From the NCBI RefSeq assembly GCF_009914755.1, contig NC_060933.1: a stretch of DNA of 64,000 nucleotides; one strand, 5' to 3'. The position numbers and the translations under genes were made by a program. The notes under the pieces are model-generated. The model searched no databases and was not told the origin of the DNA. It saw nothing but the letters and a program-made list of their open reading frames with translations. The stretch comes from the human T2T-CHM13v2.0 reference genome, Homo sapiens. Below are positions 39,701 to 53,100 of this stretch, in pieces (positions within the stretch are counted from its first letter, which is position 1; every line of letters begins with the position of its first letter).

Positions 39701-42700
39701 GAATGGAATGGAATGGAACAACCCGAATGGAATGGAATGTAATGGAGAGTAAGGGAGTTGAATAGAATCAATCCGAATGTAACGGAATGGAATGGAACGG
39801 AATGGAATTGAATGGAATGGAATGGAATGCAATGGAATGGAATCAACCCGAGTGCAATGGAATGGAGAGGAATGGAATGGAATGGAATGGAAACTACCCG
39901 AATGGAATGGAATGTAATGGAGTGTAAGGGAATTGAATAGAATCAATCCGAATGTAATGGAATGGAATGGAACGGAATGGAATGGAATGGAATGGAATGG
40001 AATGGAATGGAATGGAGTGCAATGGAATGCAATCAACGCGAGTGCAATCGAATGGAATCGAATGGAATGGAATGCAATGGAATGGATTCAACTTGAATGG
40101 AATGGAAAAAATGGAATCAACACGAGTGGAATGGCATGGATTGGAATGGAATGGAATGGACTCAACCCGAGTACAGGGGAATGGAATGGAATGGAATGCA
40201 ATGGAATGGAATCATCCGTAATGGAATGGAAAGGAATGGAATGGAATGGAATGGAATGGAATGGAATCAACTCGATTGCAATCGAATGGAATGGAATGGA
40301 ATTAACTCGAATAGAATGGAATGGAATGGAATGGAAGAGAACGGAATGGAATGGAATGGAATGGAATGGAAAGGAACGGAACGGAATGGAATGGAGTGGA
40401 ATGGAATGGAATGGAATCAACGCGAGTGCAGGGGAATGGAATGGAATGGAATGCAATGGAATGGAATCTTCCGGAATGGAATGGAATGGAATGGAATGGA
40501 ATGAAATGCAATGGATTCAACTCGATTGCAATGGAATGGAATAGAATGGAATGGAATGGAATGGAATGGAATTAATCCGAATAGAATGGAATGGAATGGA
40601 ATGGAACGGAATGGAACGGAATGGAATGGAATGGAATGGAATGGTATGGAATGTAATGGAATGGTACGGAATAGAATGGAATGGAACGAATTGTAATGGA
40701 ATGGAATTGAATGGAATGGAATGGAATGGAATGGAATCAACGCGAGTGCAGGGGAATGTAATGGAACGGAATGCAATGGAATGGAATCATCCGGAATGGA
40801 ATGGAATGGAATGGAATGGAATGGAAACAACCCGAGTGCAATGGAATGGAGTGGAATGGAATGGAATGGAATGGAACAACCCTAATGGAATGGAATGTAA
40901 TGGAGAGTAAGGGAGTTGAATAGAATCAATCCGAATGTAATGGAATGGAATGCAACGGAATGGAATGGAATGGAATGGAATGGAATGGAATGGAATGGAA
41001 TGCAATGGAATGGAATCAACCCGAGTACAATGGAATGGAATGGAATGGAATGGAATGGAATGGAATGGAATGATACGGAATAGAATGGAATGGAACGAAA
41101 TGGAATGGAATGGAATGGAATGGAATGGAATGGAATGGAATCGTTCCGAGTGGAATAGGAGGGAATGTATTCGAGTGGAATGGAAAGGAATGGAATCAAC
41201 CAGAGTGGAATGGAAGGGAATGGAATGGAATGGAAACTAATAGAATGGAATCAACCCGAGTGGAATGGAATGGAAAGGACTGGAATGGAATGGAATGGAA
41301 TGGAATCAAGTCGATTATAATGGAATGGATTGGAATGGAATGGAATGGAATGGAATGGAATGGAATGGAATGGAATTAACCCGAATACAATGGAAAGGAA
41401 TGGAATGGAACGGAATGGAGTGGAATGGAATGGAATCAACCCGAGTGTAGGGGAATGGAATGGAATGGAATGCAATGGAATGGAATCATCCGGAATGGAA
41501 TGGAATGGAATGCAATGGAATTGAATGGAATGGAATCAACCAGAGTGCAATGGAATGGAGTGAAATGGAATGGAATGGAATGGAGACAACAAGAATGGAT
41601 TGGAATATAATGGAGTGTAAGGGAATTGAACAGAATCAATCTGAATGTAATCAAATGGAATGGAACGGAATGGAATGGAATGGAATGGAATGCAATGGAA
41701 TGGAATCAACCCGAGTGCAATCGAATGGAATCGAATGGAATGGATTGCAACGGAATGGATTCAACTTGAATGGAATGGAAAGAATGGAATCAACACGAGT
41801 GGAATGGCATGGATTGGAATGAAATGGAATGTAATCAACCCGAGTACAGGGGAATGGAATGGAATGGAATGCAATGGAATGGAATCATCCGTAATGGAAT
41901 GGAAAGGAATGGAATGGAATGGAATGGAATGGAATGGAATGGAATGGAATCAACTCGATTGCAATCGAATGGAATGGAATGGAATTAACCCGAATAGAAT
42001 GGAATGGAATGGAATGGAACGGAACGGAACGGAACGGAATGGAATGGAATGGAATGGAACGGAAAGGAAGGGAATGGAATGGAATAGAATGGAATGGAAT
42101 GGAATCAACGCGAGTGCAGGGGAATGGAATGGAATGGAATGCAATGGAATGGAATCTTCCGGAATGGAATGGAATGGAATGGAATGGAATGGAATGGAAT
42201 GGAATGGAATGAACCCGAGTGCAATGGAATGGAGTGGAATGGAATGGAATGGAATGGAACAACCCGAATGGAATGGAATGGAATGGAGTGTAAGGGAGTT
42301 GAATAGAATCAATCCGAATGTAATGGAATGGAATGGAACGGAATGGAATTGAATGGAATGGAATGGAATGCAATGGAATGGAATCAACCCGAGTGCAATG
42401 GAATGGAAAGGAATGGAATGGAATGGAATGGAAACTACCCGAATGGAATGGAATGTAATGGAGTGTAAGGGAATTGAATAGAATCAATCCGAATGTAATG
42501 GAATGGAATGGAACGGAATGGAATGGGATGGAATGGAATGGAATGGAATGCAATGGAATGGAATCAACCCGAGTGCAATCGAATGGAATCGAATGGAATG
42601 GAATGCAATGGAATGGATTCAACTTGAATGAAATGGAAAGAATGGAATCAACACGAGTGGAATGGCATGGATTGGAATGGAATGGAATGGAATCAACCCG

Positions 42701-45700
42701 AGTACAGGGGAATGGAATGGAATGGAATGCAATGGAATGGAATCATCCGTAATGGAATGGAAAGGAATGGAATGGAATGGAATGGAATGGAATGGAATCA
42801 ACTCGATTGCAATGGAATGGAATGGAATGGAATTAACCCGAATAGAATGGAATGGAATGGAATGGAACAGAACGGAATGGAATGAAATGGAATGGAACGG
42901 AACGGAACGGAATGGAATGGAATGGAATGGAATGGAATGGAATGGAATGGAATGGAATCAATCCGAGTGCAGGGGAAAGGAATGGAATGGAATGCAATGG
43001 AATGGAATGGAATGGAATGGAATGGAATGGAATGGAATGGAATGGAATCAACCCGAGTAGAATGGCATGGAATGGAATGCAATGGAATGGAATGGAATGG
43101 AATCAACTCGAGTAGAAAGGAATGGAATGGAATGGAATGGAATGGAATGAAATCAACTCGAGTGGAATGGAATGGAACGGAATGGATTGGAATGGATTGC
43201 AATGGAATGAAATGGAATGGAATCAATCATTCCGAGTGGAATGGAAGGGAATGTAATGGAGTGGAAAGAAGGGAATGTAATCAACCCGAGTGGAATGCAA
43301 GGCAATGGAATGGAATGGAAAGGAATGGAATGGAATCAACTCGATTGCAATTGAATGGAATGTAATGGAATGGAATGGAAAGGAATGGAATGGAAAGAAA
43401 TGGAATGGAATGGAATGCAATGGAATGGAATCAACCCGGGTGCAATCGAATGGAATCGAATGGAATGGAATGCAATGGAATGGATTCTACTTCAATGGAA
43501 TGGAAAGAATGGAATCAACACGAGTGGAATGGCATGGATTGGAATGGAATGGAATGGAATCAACCCGAGTACAGGGGAATGGAATGGAATGGAATGCAAT
43601 GGAATGGAATCATCCGTAATGGAATGGAAAGGAATGGAATGGAATGGAATGGAATGGAATCAACTCGATTGCAATCGAATGGAATGGAATGGAATTAACC
43701 CGAATAGAATGGAATGGAATGGAATGGAACGGAACGGAACGGAATGGAATGGAATGGAATGGAATGGAATGGAATTTAATGGAACGGAAAGGAATGGAAT
43801 GGAATGGAATGGAATGGAATGGAATGGAATGGAATCAACGGGAGTGCAGGGGAATGCAATGTAATGGAATGCAATGGAATGGAATCTTCCGCAAAGGAAT
43901 GGAATGGAATGGAATAAACCCGAGTGCAATGGAATGGAGTGGAATGCAATGGAATGGAATGGAACAACCCGAATGGAATCGAATGTAATGGAGAGTAAGG
44001 GAGTTGAATAGAATCAATCCGAATGTAATGGAATGGAATGGAACGGAATGGAATTGAATGGAATGGAATGGCATGCAATGGAATGGAATCAACCCGAGTG
44101 CAATGGAATGGAGAGGAATGGAAAGGAATGGAGTAGAAACTACCCGAATGGAATGGAATGTAATGGAGTGTAAGGGAATTGAATAGAATCAATCCGAATG
44201 TAATGGAATGGAATGGAACGGAATGGAATGGAATGGAATGGAATGGAATGGAATGGAATCTTCCGGAATGGAATGGAATGGAATGGAATGGAATGGAATG
44301 CAATGGATTCAACTCGATTGCAATGGAATGGAATAGAATGGAATGGAATGGAATGGATTGGAATTAACCCGAATAGAATGGAATGGAATGGAATGGAACG
44401 GAATGGAACGGAATGGAATGGAATGGAATGGAATGGAATGGTATGGAATGGAATGGAATGGTACGGAATAGAATGGAATGGAACGAATTGTAATGGAATG
44501 GAATTGAATGGAATGGAATGGAATCAACGCGAGTGCAGGGGAGTGTAATGGAACGGAATGCAATGGAATGGAATCATCCGGAATGGAATGGAATGGAATG
44601 CAATGGAATGGAATCAACCCGAGTGCAATGGAATGGAGTGGAATGGAATGGAATGGAATGGAACAACCCGAATGGAATGGAATGCAATGGAGAGTAAGGG
44701 AGTTGAATAGAATCAATCCGAATGTAATGGAATGGAATGCAACGGAATGGAATGGAATGGAATGGAATGGAATGCAATGGAATGGAATCAACCCGAGTAC
44801 AACGGAATGGAATGGAATGGAATGGAATGGAATGGAATGCCTTCAAACCGAATGGAATGGAAAGGAATGGAATCAACACGAGTGGAATGGAATGGAATGG
44901 AATGATACGGAATAGAATGGAATGGAACGAAATGGAATGGAATGGAATGGAATGGAATGGAATGGAATGGAATCGTTCCGAGTGGAATAGGAGGGAATGT
45001 ATTCCAGTGGAATGGAAAGGAATGGAATCAACCAGAGTGGAATGGAAGGGAATGGAATGGAATGGAAACTAATAGAATGGAATCAACCCGAGTGGAATGG
45101 AATGGAAAGGACTGGAATGGAATGGAATGGAATGGAATGGAATGGAATCAACTCGATTGTAATGGAATGGAATGGAATGGAATGGAATGGAATGGAATAG
45201 AATTAACCCGAATACAATGGAATGGAATAGAATGGAACGGAATGGAGTGGAATGGAATGGAATCAACCCGAGTGCAGGGGAATGGAATGGAATGGAATGC
45301 AATGGAATGGAATCGTCCGGACTGGAATGGAATGGAATGGAATGCAAAGCAATGGAATCAACTCGATTGCAATGGAATGGAATGGAATGGAAAGGAATAC
45401 ATTGGAATCAAGCCGAGTGGAATGGAATGGAAAAGAGTGGAATGGAGTGGAATGGAATGGAATGGAATGGAATGGAATCAACTCGATTGGAATGGAATGG
45501 AATGGAATGGAATGGAATGGATTTAACCCGAATAGAATGGAATGGAATGGAATGGAACGGAACGGAATGGAATGGAATGGAATGGAATGCAATGGAATGG
45601 ATTCAACTTGAATGGAATGGAAAGAATGGAATCAACACGAGTGGAATGGCATGGATTGGAATGGAATGGAATGGAATCAACCCGAGTACAGGGCAATGGA

Positions 45701-48700
45701 ATGGAATGGAATGTAATGGAATGGAATCATCCGTTATGAAATGGAAAGGAATGGAATGGAATGGAATGGAATGGAATGGAATGGAATCAACTCGATTGCA
45801 ATCGAATGGAATGGAATTGAATTGACCCGAATAGAATGGAATGTAATGGAATGGAACGGAACGGAACGGAACGGAATGGAATGGAATGGAATGGAATGGA
45901 ATGGAATGGAATGGAATGGAACGGAAAGGAATGGAATGGAATGGAATGGAATGGAATGGAATTGAATGGAATGGAATGGAACGGAACGGAACGGAATGGA
46001 ATGGAATGGAATGGAATGGAATGGAATGGAACGGAAAGGAATGGAATGGAATGGAACGGAATGGAATGGAATGGAATGGAATGGAATCAACACGAGTGCA
46101 GGGGAATGGAATGGAATGGAATGCAATGGAATGGAATCTTCCGGAATGGAATGGAATGGAATGGAATGGAATGGAATGGAATGGAATCAACCCGAGTGCA
46201 ATCGAATGGAGTGGAATGGAATGGAATGGAATGGAACAACCCGAATGGAATGGAATGTAATGGAGAGTAAGGGAGTTGAATAGAATCAATCCGAATGTAA
46301 TGGAATGGAATGCAACGGAATGGAATGGAATGGAATGGAATGGAATGCAATGGAATGGAATCAACCCGAGTGCAATGGAATGGAGAGGAATGGAATGGAA
46401 TGGAATGGAAACTACCCCAATGGAATGGAATGGAATGGAGTGTAAGGGAATTGAATAGAATCAATCCGAATGAAATGGAATGGAATGGAACGGAATGGAA
46501 TGGAATGGAATGGAATGCAATGGAATGGAATGATACGGAATAGAAAGGAATGGAACGAAATGGAATGGAATGGAATGGAATGGAATGGAATGGAATGGAA
46601 TGGAATCGTTCCGAGTGGAATAGGAAGGAATGTATTCGAGTGGAATGGAAAGGAATGGATTCAACCAGAGTAGAAAGGAAGGGAATGGAATGGAATGGAA
46701 ACTAATAGAATGGAATCAACCCGAGTGGAATCGAATGGAAAGGACTGGAATGGAAAGGAATGGAATGGAATGGAATGGAATGAACGCGAGTGCAGGGGAA
46801 TGGAATGGAATCGAATGGAATGGAATGGAATGGAATGGAATCAACCCGAGTGCAGGAGAATGTAATGGAACGGAATGCAATGGAATGGAATCATCCGGAA
46901 TGGAATGGAATGGATTGGAATAGAATCAACCCGAGTGCAATGGAATGGAGTGGAATGGAATGAAATGGAATGGAACAACCCGAATGGAATGGAATGTAAT
47001 GGAGAGTAAGGGAGTTGAAAAGAATCAATCCGAAAGTAATGGAATGGAATGGAATGGAATGGAATGGAATGGAATGCAATGGAATGGAATCAACCCGAGT
47101 ACAATGGAATGGAATGGAATGGAAAGGAATGGAATGGAATGGAATGCAATGGAATGGAATCTTCCGGAATGGAATGGAATGGAATGGAATGGAATGGAAT
47201 GGAATGGAATGGAATGCAATGGATTCAACTCGATTGCAATGGAATGGAATAGAATGGAATGGAATGGAATGGAATGGAATGGAATGGAATTAAACCGAAT
47301 AGAATGGAATGGAAATGAATGGAAGGGAACGGAACGGAACGGAACGGAACGGAGTGGAATGGAATGGAATGGAATTGTATGGAATGGAATGGCTTGGTAC
47401 GGAATAGAATGGAATGGAAAGAATTGGAATGGAATGGAATGGAATGGAATGGAATGGAATGGAATGGAATGGAATCAACCTGAGTGCAATGGAATGGAGT
47501 GGAATGGAATGGAATGGAATGGAACAACCCGAATGGAATGGAATGTAATGGAGAGTAAGGGAGTTGAATAGAATCAATCCGAATGTAATGTAATGGAATG
47601 GAACGGAATGGAATTGAATGGAATGGAATGGAATGCAATGGAATGGAATCAACCCGAGTGCAATGGAATGGAGAGGAATGGAATGGAATGGAATTGAAAC
47701 TACCCGAATGGAATGGAATGTAATGGAGTGTAAGGGAATTGAATAGAATCAATCCGAATGGAATGGAATGGAATGGAACGGAATGTAATGGAATGGAATG
47801 GAATGGAATCAACCCGAGTGCAGGGGAATGGAATGGAATGGAATGCAATGGAATGGAGTCATCCGTAAGGGAATGGAAAGGAATGGAATGGAATGGAATG
47901 TTACGGAATAGAATGGAATGGAAAGAATTGTAATGGAATGGAATCGAATGGAATGGAATGGAATGCAATGGAATGAAACCGAGTGCAGGGGAATGTAATG
48001 GAACGGAATGCAGTGGAATGGAGTCATCCGTAAGGGAATGGAAAGGAATGGAATGGAATGGAATGGAATGGAATGGAATCAACTCGATTGCAATCGAATG
48101 GAATGGAACGGAATTAACCCGAATAGAATGGAATGGAATGGAATGGAACGGAACAGAATGGAATGCAATGGAATGGAATGGAACGGAAAGGAAGGGAATG
48201 CAATGGAATAGAATGGAATGGAATGGAATCAACGCGAGTGCAGGGGAATGGAATGGAATGGAATGCAATGGAATGGAATCTTCCGGAATGGAATGGAATG
48301 GAATGTAATGGAATGGAATGGAATCAACCCAAGTGCAATGGAATGGAGTGGAATGGAATGGAATGGATTGGAACAACCCGAATGGAATGGAATGTAATGG
48401 AGAGTAAGGGAGTTGAATAGAATCAATCCGAATGTAATGGAATGGAATGGAACGGAATGGAATTGAATGGAATGGAATGGAATGCAATGGAATGGAATCA
48501 ACCCGAGTGCAATGGAATGGAGAGGAATGGAATGGAATGGAATGGAAACTACCCGAATGGAATGGAATGTAATGGAGTGTAAGGGAATTGAATAGAATCA
48601 ATCCGAATGTAATGTAATGGAATGGAATGGAATGGAATGGAATGGAATGGAATTAACCCGAATAGAATGGAATGGAATGCAATGGAACTGAATGGAACGG

Positions 48701-50160
48701 AATGGAATGGAATGGAATGGAATGGAATGGAATGGAATGGTATGGAATGGAATGGAATGGTACGGAATAGAATGGAATGTAACGAATTGTAATGGAATGG
48801 AATTGAATGGAATGGAATGGAATCATCGCGAGTGCAGGGGAATGTAATGGAACGGAATGCAATGGAATGGAATCATCCGGAATGGAATGGAATGGAATGG
48901 AATGGAATGGAATGGAATGGAATCAACCCGAGTGCAATGGAATGGAGTGGAATGGAATGGAATGGAATGGAACAACCCGAATTGAATGGAATGTAATGGA
49001 GAGTAAGGGAGTTGAATAGAATCAATCCGAATGTAATGGAATGGAATGCAACGGAATGGAATTGAATGGAATGGAATGGAATGAAATGGAATGCAATCAA
49101 CCCGAGTACAATGGAATGGAATGGAATGGAATTGAATGGAATGCCTTCAAACCGAATGGAATGGAAAGGAATGGAATCAACACGAGTGGAATGGAATGGA
49201 ATGGAATGGAATGGAATGGAATGATACGGAATAGAATGGAATGGAACGAAATGCAATGGAATGGAATGGAATGGAATGGAATGGAATCGTTCCGAGTGGA
49301 ATAGGAGGGAATGTATTCGAGTGGAATGGAAAGGAATGGAATCAACCAGAGTGGAATGGATGGGAATGGAATGGAATGGAAACTGATAGAATGGAATCAA
49401 CCCGAGTGGAATGGAATGGAAAGGACTGGAATGGAATGGAATGGAATGGAATCAAGTCGATTGTAATGGAATGGAATGGAATGGAATGGAATGGAATTAA
49501 CCCGAATACAATGGAATGGAATGGAATGGAACGGAATGGAGTGGAATGGAATGGAATCAACCCGAGTGCAGGGGAATGGAGTGGAATGGAATGCAATGGA
49601 ATGGAATCATCCGGAATGGAATGGAATGGAATGGAATGCAAAGCAATGGAATCAACTCGATTGCAATGGAATGGAATGGAATGGAAAGGAATACATTGGA
49701 ATCAACCCGAGTGGAATGGAATGGAAAGGACTGGAATGGAGTGGAATGGAATGGAATGGAATGGAATGGAATCAACTCGACTGGAATGGAATGGAATGGA
49801 ATGGAATGGAATGGAATTAACCCGAATAAAATGGAATGGAATGGAATGGAACGGAACGGAACGGAACGGAATGGAATGGAATGGAATGGAATGGAATGGA
49901 ATGGAATGGAATGGAATGGAATCAACCCGACTGCAGGGGAATAGAATGGAATGGAATGGAATGCAATGGAATGGATTCAACTTGAATGGAATGGAAGGAA
50001 TGGAATCAACACGAGTGGAAAGGCATGGATTGGAATGGAATGGAATGGAATGAACCCGAGTACAGGGGAATGGAATAGAATGGAATGCAATGGAATGGAA
50101 TCATCCGTAATGGAATGGAAAGGAATGGAATGGAATGGAATGGAATGGAATGGAATGGAA
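33741..50160 (+). repeat. 16.4-kb tandem duplication, copy 1
   Basis: Identical ORF translations at offset 16420-16435 (33746/50166, 34988/51408, 38145/54570, 39933/56363) and then 15626-15611 (41425/57051, 47739/63350). Private variants are shared, e.g. GAGAGCATGGG at 35226/51646 and CAACCCCTGTG at 38941/55366. The start is uncertain by about 70 bp. Confidence 0.93.
39180..39660 (+). repeat. 240-bp local tandem duplication (245 bp in the copy at ~55605-56090)
   Basis: The series AACTCGATTGCAATCG...TTAACCCG...GAAAGGAAGGG...CAACGCGAGT...CTTCCGG starts at 39181 and again at 39421. Confidence 0.85.
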
Positions 50161-53100
50161 TGGAATCAACTCGATTGCAATCGAATGGAATGGAATGGAA
50201 TTAACCCGAATAGAATGGAATGGAATGGAATGGAACGGAACAGAACGGAACGGAACGGAACGGACTGGAAGGGAATGGAATGGAATTGTATGGAATGGAA
50301 TGGCATGGTACGGAATAGAATGGAATGGAAAGAATTGGAATGGAATGGAATCGAATGGAATGGAATGGAATGGAATGGAATCAACCCGAGTGCAGGGGAA
50401 TGTAATGGAACGGAATGCAATGGAATGGAATCATCCGGAATGGAATGGAATGGAATGGAATGGAATGGAATGGAATGGAAACAACCCGAGTGCAATGGAA
50501 TGGAGTGGAATGGAATGGAATTGAATGGAACAACCCGAATGGAATGGAATGTAATGGAGAGTAAGGGAGTTGAATAGAATCAATTCGAATGTAATGGAAT
50601 GGAACAGAATGGAACGGAATGGAATGGAATGGAATGGAATGGAATGCTATGGAATGGAATCAACCCGAGTACAATGGAACGGAATGGAATGGAATGTAAT
50701 GGAATGGAATGGAATGGAATGGAATGGAATGGAATGGAATTGAATGGAATGGAATGGAATGGAATCAACCCGAGTGCAATGGAATAGAGAGGAATGGAAT
50801 GGAATGGAATGGAAACTACCCGAATGGAATGGAATGTAATGGAGTGTAAGGGAATTGAATAGAATCAATCCGAATGGAATGGAATGGAATGGAACGGAAT
50901 GTAATGGAATGGAATGGAATGGAATCAACCCGACTGCAGGGGAATGGAATGGAATGGAATGCAATGGAATGGATTCAACTTGAATGGAATGGAAAGAATG
51001 GAATCAACACGAGTGGAATGGCATGGATTGGAATGGAATGGAATGGAATCAACCCGAGCACAGGGGAATGGAATGGAATGGAATGCAATGGAATGGAATC
51101 ATCCGTAATGGAATGGAAAGGAATGGAATGGAATGGAATGGAATGGAATGGAATGGAATCAACTCGATTGCAATCGAATGGAATGGAATGGAATTAACCC
51201 GAATAGAATGGAATGGAATGGAATGGAACGGAACGGAATGGAATGCAATGGAATGGAATGGAATGGAACGGAACGGAACGGAATGGAATGGAATGGAATG
51301 GAATGGAATGGAATCAACGCGAGTGCAGGGGAATGGAATGGAATGGAATGCTATGGAATAGAATCTTCCGGAATGGAATGGAATGGATTGGAATGGAATG
51401 AAATGCAATGGATTCAACTCGATTGCAATGGAATGGAATAGAATGGAATGGAATGGAATGTAATGGAATTAATCCGAATAGAATGGAATGGAATGGAATG
51501 GAACGGAATGGAACGGAATGGAATGGAATGGAATGGAATGGAATGGTATGGAATCGATTGGAATGGTACGGAATAGAATGGAATGGAACGAATTGTAATG
51601 GAATGGAATTGAATGGAATGGAATGGAATGGAATGGAATCAACGCGAGAGCATGGGAATGTAAAGGAAAGGAATGCAATGGAATGGAATCATCCGGAATG
51701 GAATGGAATGGAATGGAATGGAATGGAATGGAATGGAATCAACCCGAGTGCAGGGGAATGTAATGGAACGGAATGCAATGGAATGGAATCATCCGGAATG
51801 GAATGGAATGGAATGGAATGGAATCAACCCGAGTGCAATGGAATGGAATGGAATGGAATGGAATGGAATGGAACAACCCGAATGGAATGGAATGTAATGG
51901 AGAGTAAGGGAGTTGAAAAGAATCAATCCGAATGTAATGGAATGGAATGGAACGGAATGGAATGGAATGGAATGAAATGGAATGGAATCAACCCGAGTAC
52001 AATGGAATGGAATGGAATGGAATGGAATGGTAAGGAATGGAATGCAATGGAATGGAATCTTCCGGATTGGAATGGAATGGAATGGAATGGAATGGAATCG
52101 AATGCAATGGATTCAACTCGATTGCAATGGAATGGAATAGAATGGAATGGAATGGAATGGAATGGAATTAAACCGAATAGAATGGAATGGAATGGAATGG
52201 AACGGAACGGAACGGAACGGAACGGAGTGGAATGGAATGGAATGGAATGGAATTCTATGGAATGGAATGGAATGGTACGGAATAGAATGGAATGGAAAGA
52301 ATTGGAATGGAATGGAATGGAATGGAATGGAATGGAATGGAATGGAATCAACCCGAGTGCAGGGTAATGTAATTGAACGGAATGCAATAGAATGGAATCA
52401 TCCGGAATGGGATGGAATGGAATGGAATGGAATGGAATGGAATGGAATCAACCCGAGTGCAATGGGATGGAGTGGATTGGAATGGAATGGAATGGAACAA
52501 CCCGAATGGAATGGAATGTAATGGAGAGTAAGGGAGTTGAATAGAATCAATCCGAATGTAATGGAATGGAATGCAACGGAATGGAATGGAATGGAATGGA
52601 ATGGAATGCAATGGAATGGAATCAACCCGAGTACAATGGAATGGAAAGGAATGGAATGGAATGGAATGGAATGGAATGGAATGGAATGCCTTCAAACCGA
52701 ATGGAATCGAAAGGAATGGAATCAACACGAGTGGAATGGAATGGAATGTAATGGAATGGAATGGAATGGAATGGAATGGAATAGAATGATACGGAATAGA
52801 ATGGAATGGAACGAAATGGAATGGAATGGAATGGAATGGAATGGAATGGAATCGTTCCGAGTGGAATAGGAGGGAATGTATACAAGTGGAATGGAAAGGA
52901 ATTGAATCAACCAGAGTGGAATGGAAGGGAATGGAATGGAATGGAAAGGAATGGAATGGAAAGGAATGGAATGGAATGGAATGGAATGGAATGGAATGGA
53001 ATGGAATGGAATCAACGCGAGTGCAGGGGAATGGAATGGAATCGAATGGAATGGAATGGAATGGAATGGAATCAACCCGAATGCAGGGGAATGTAATGGA

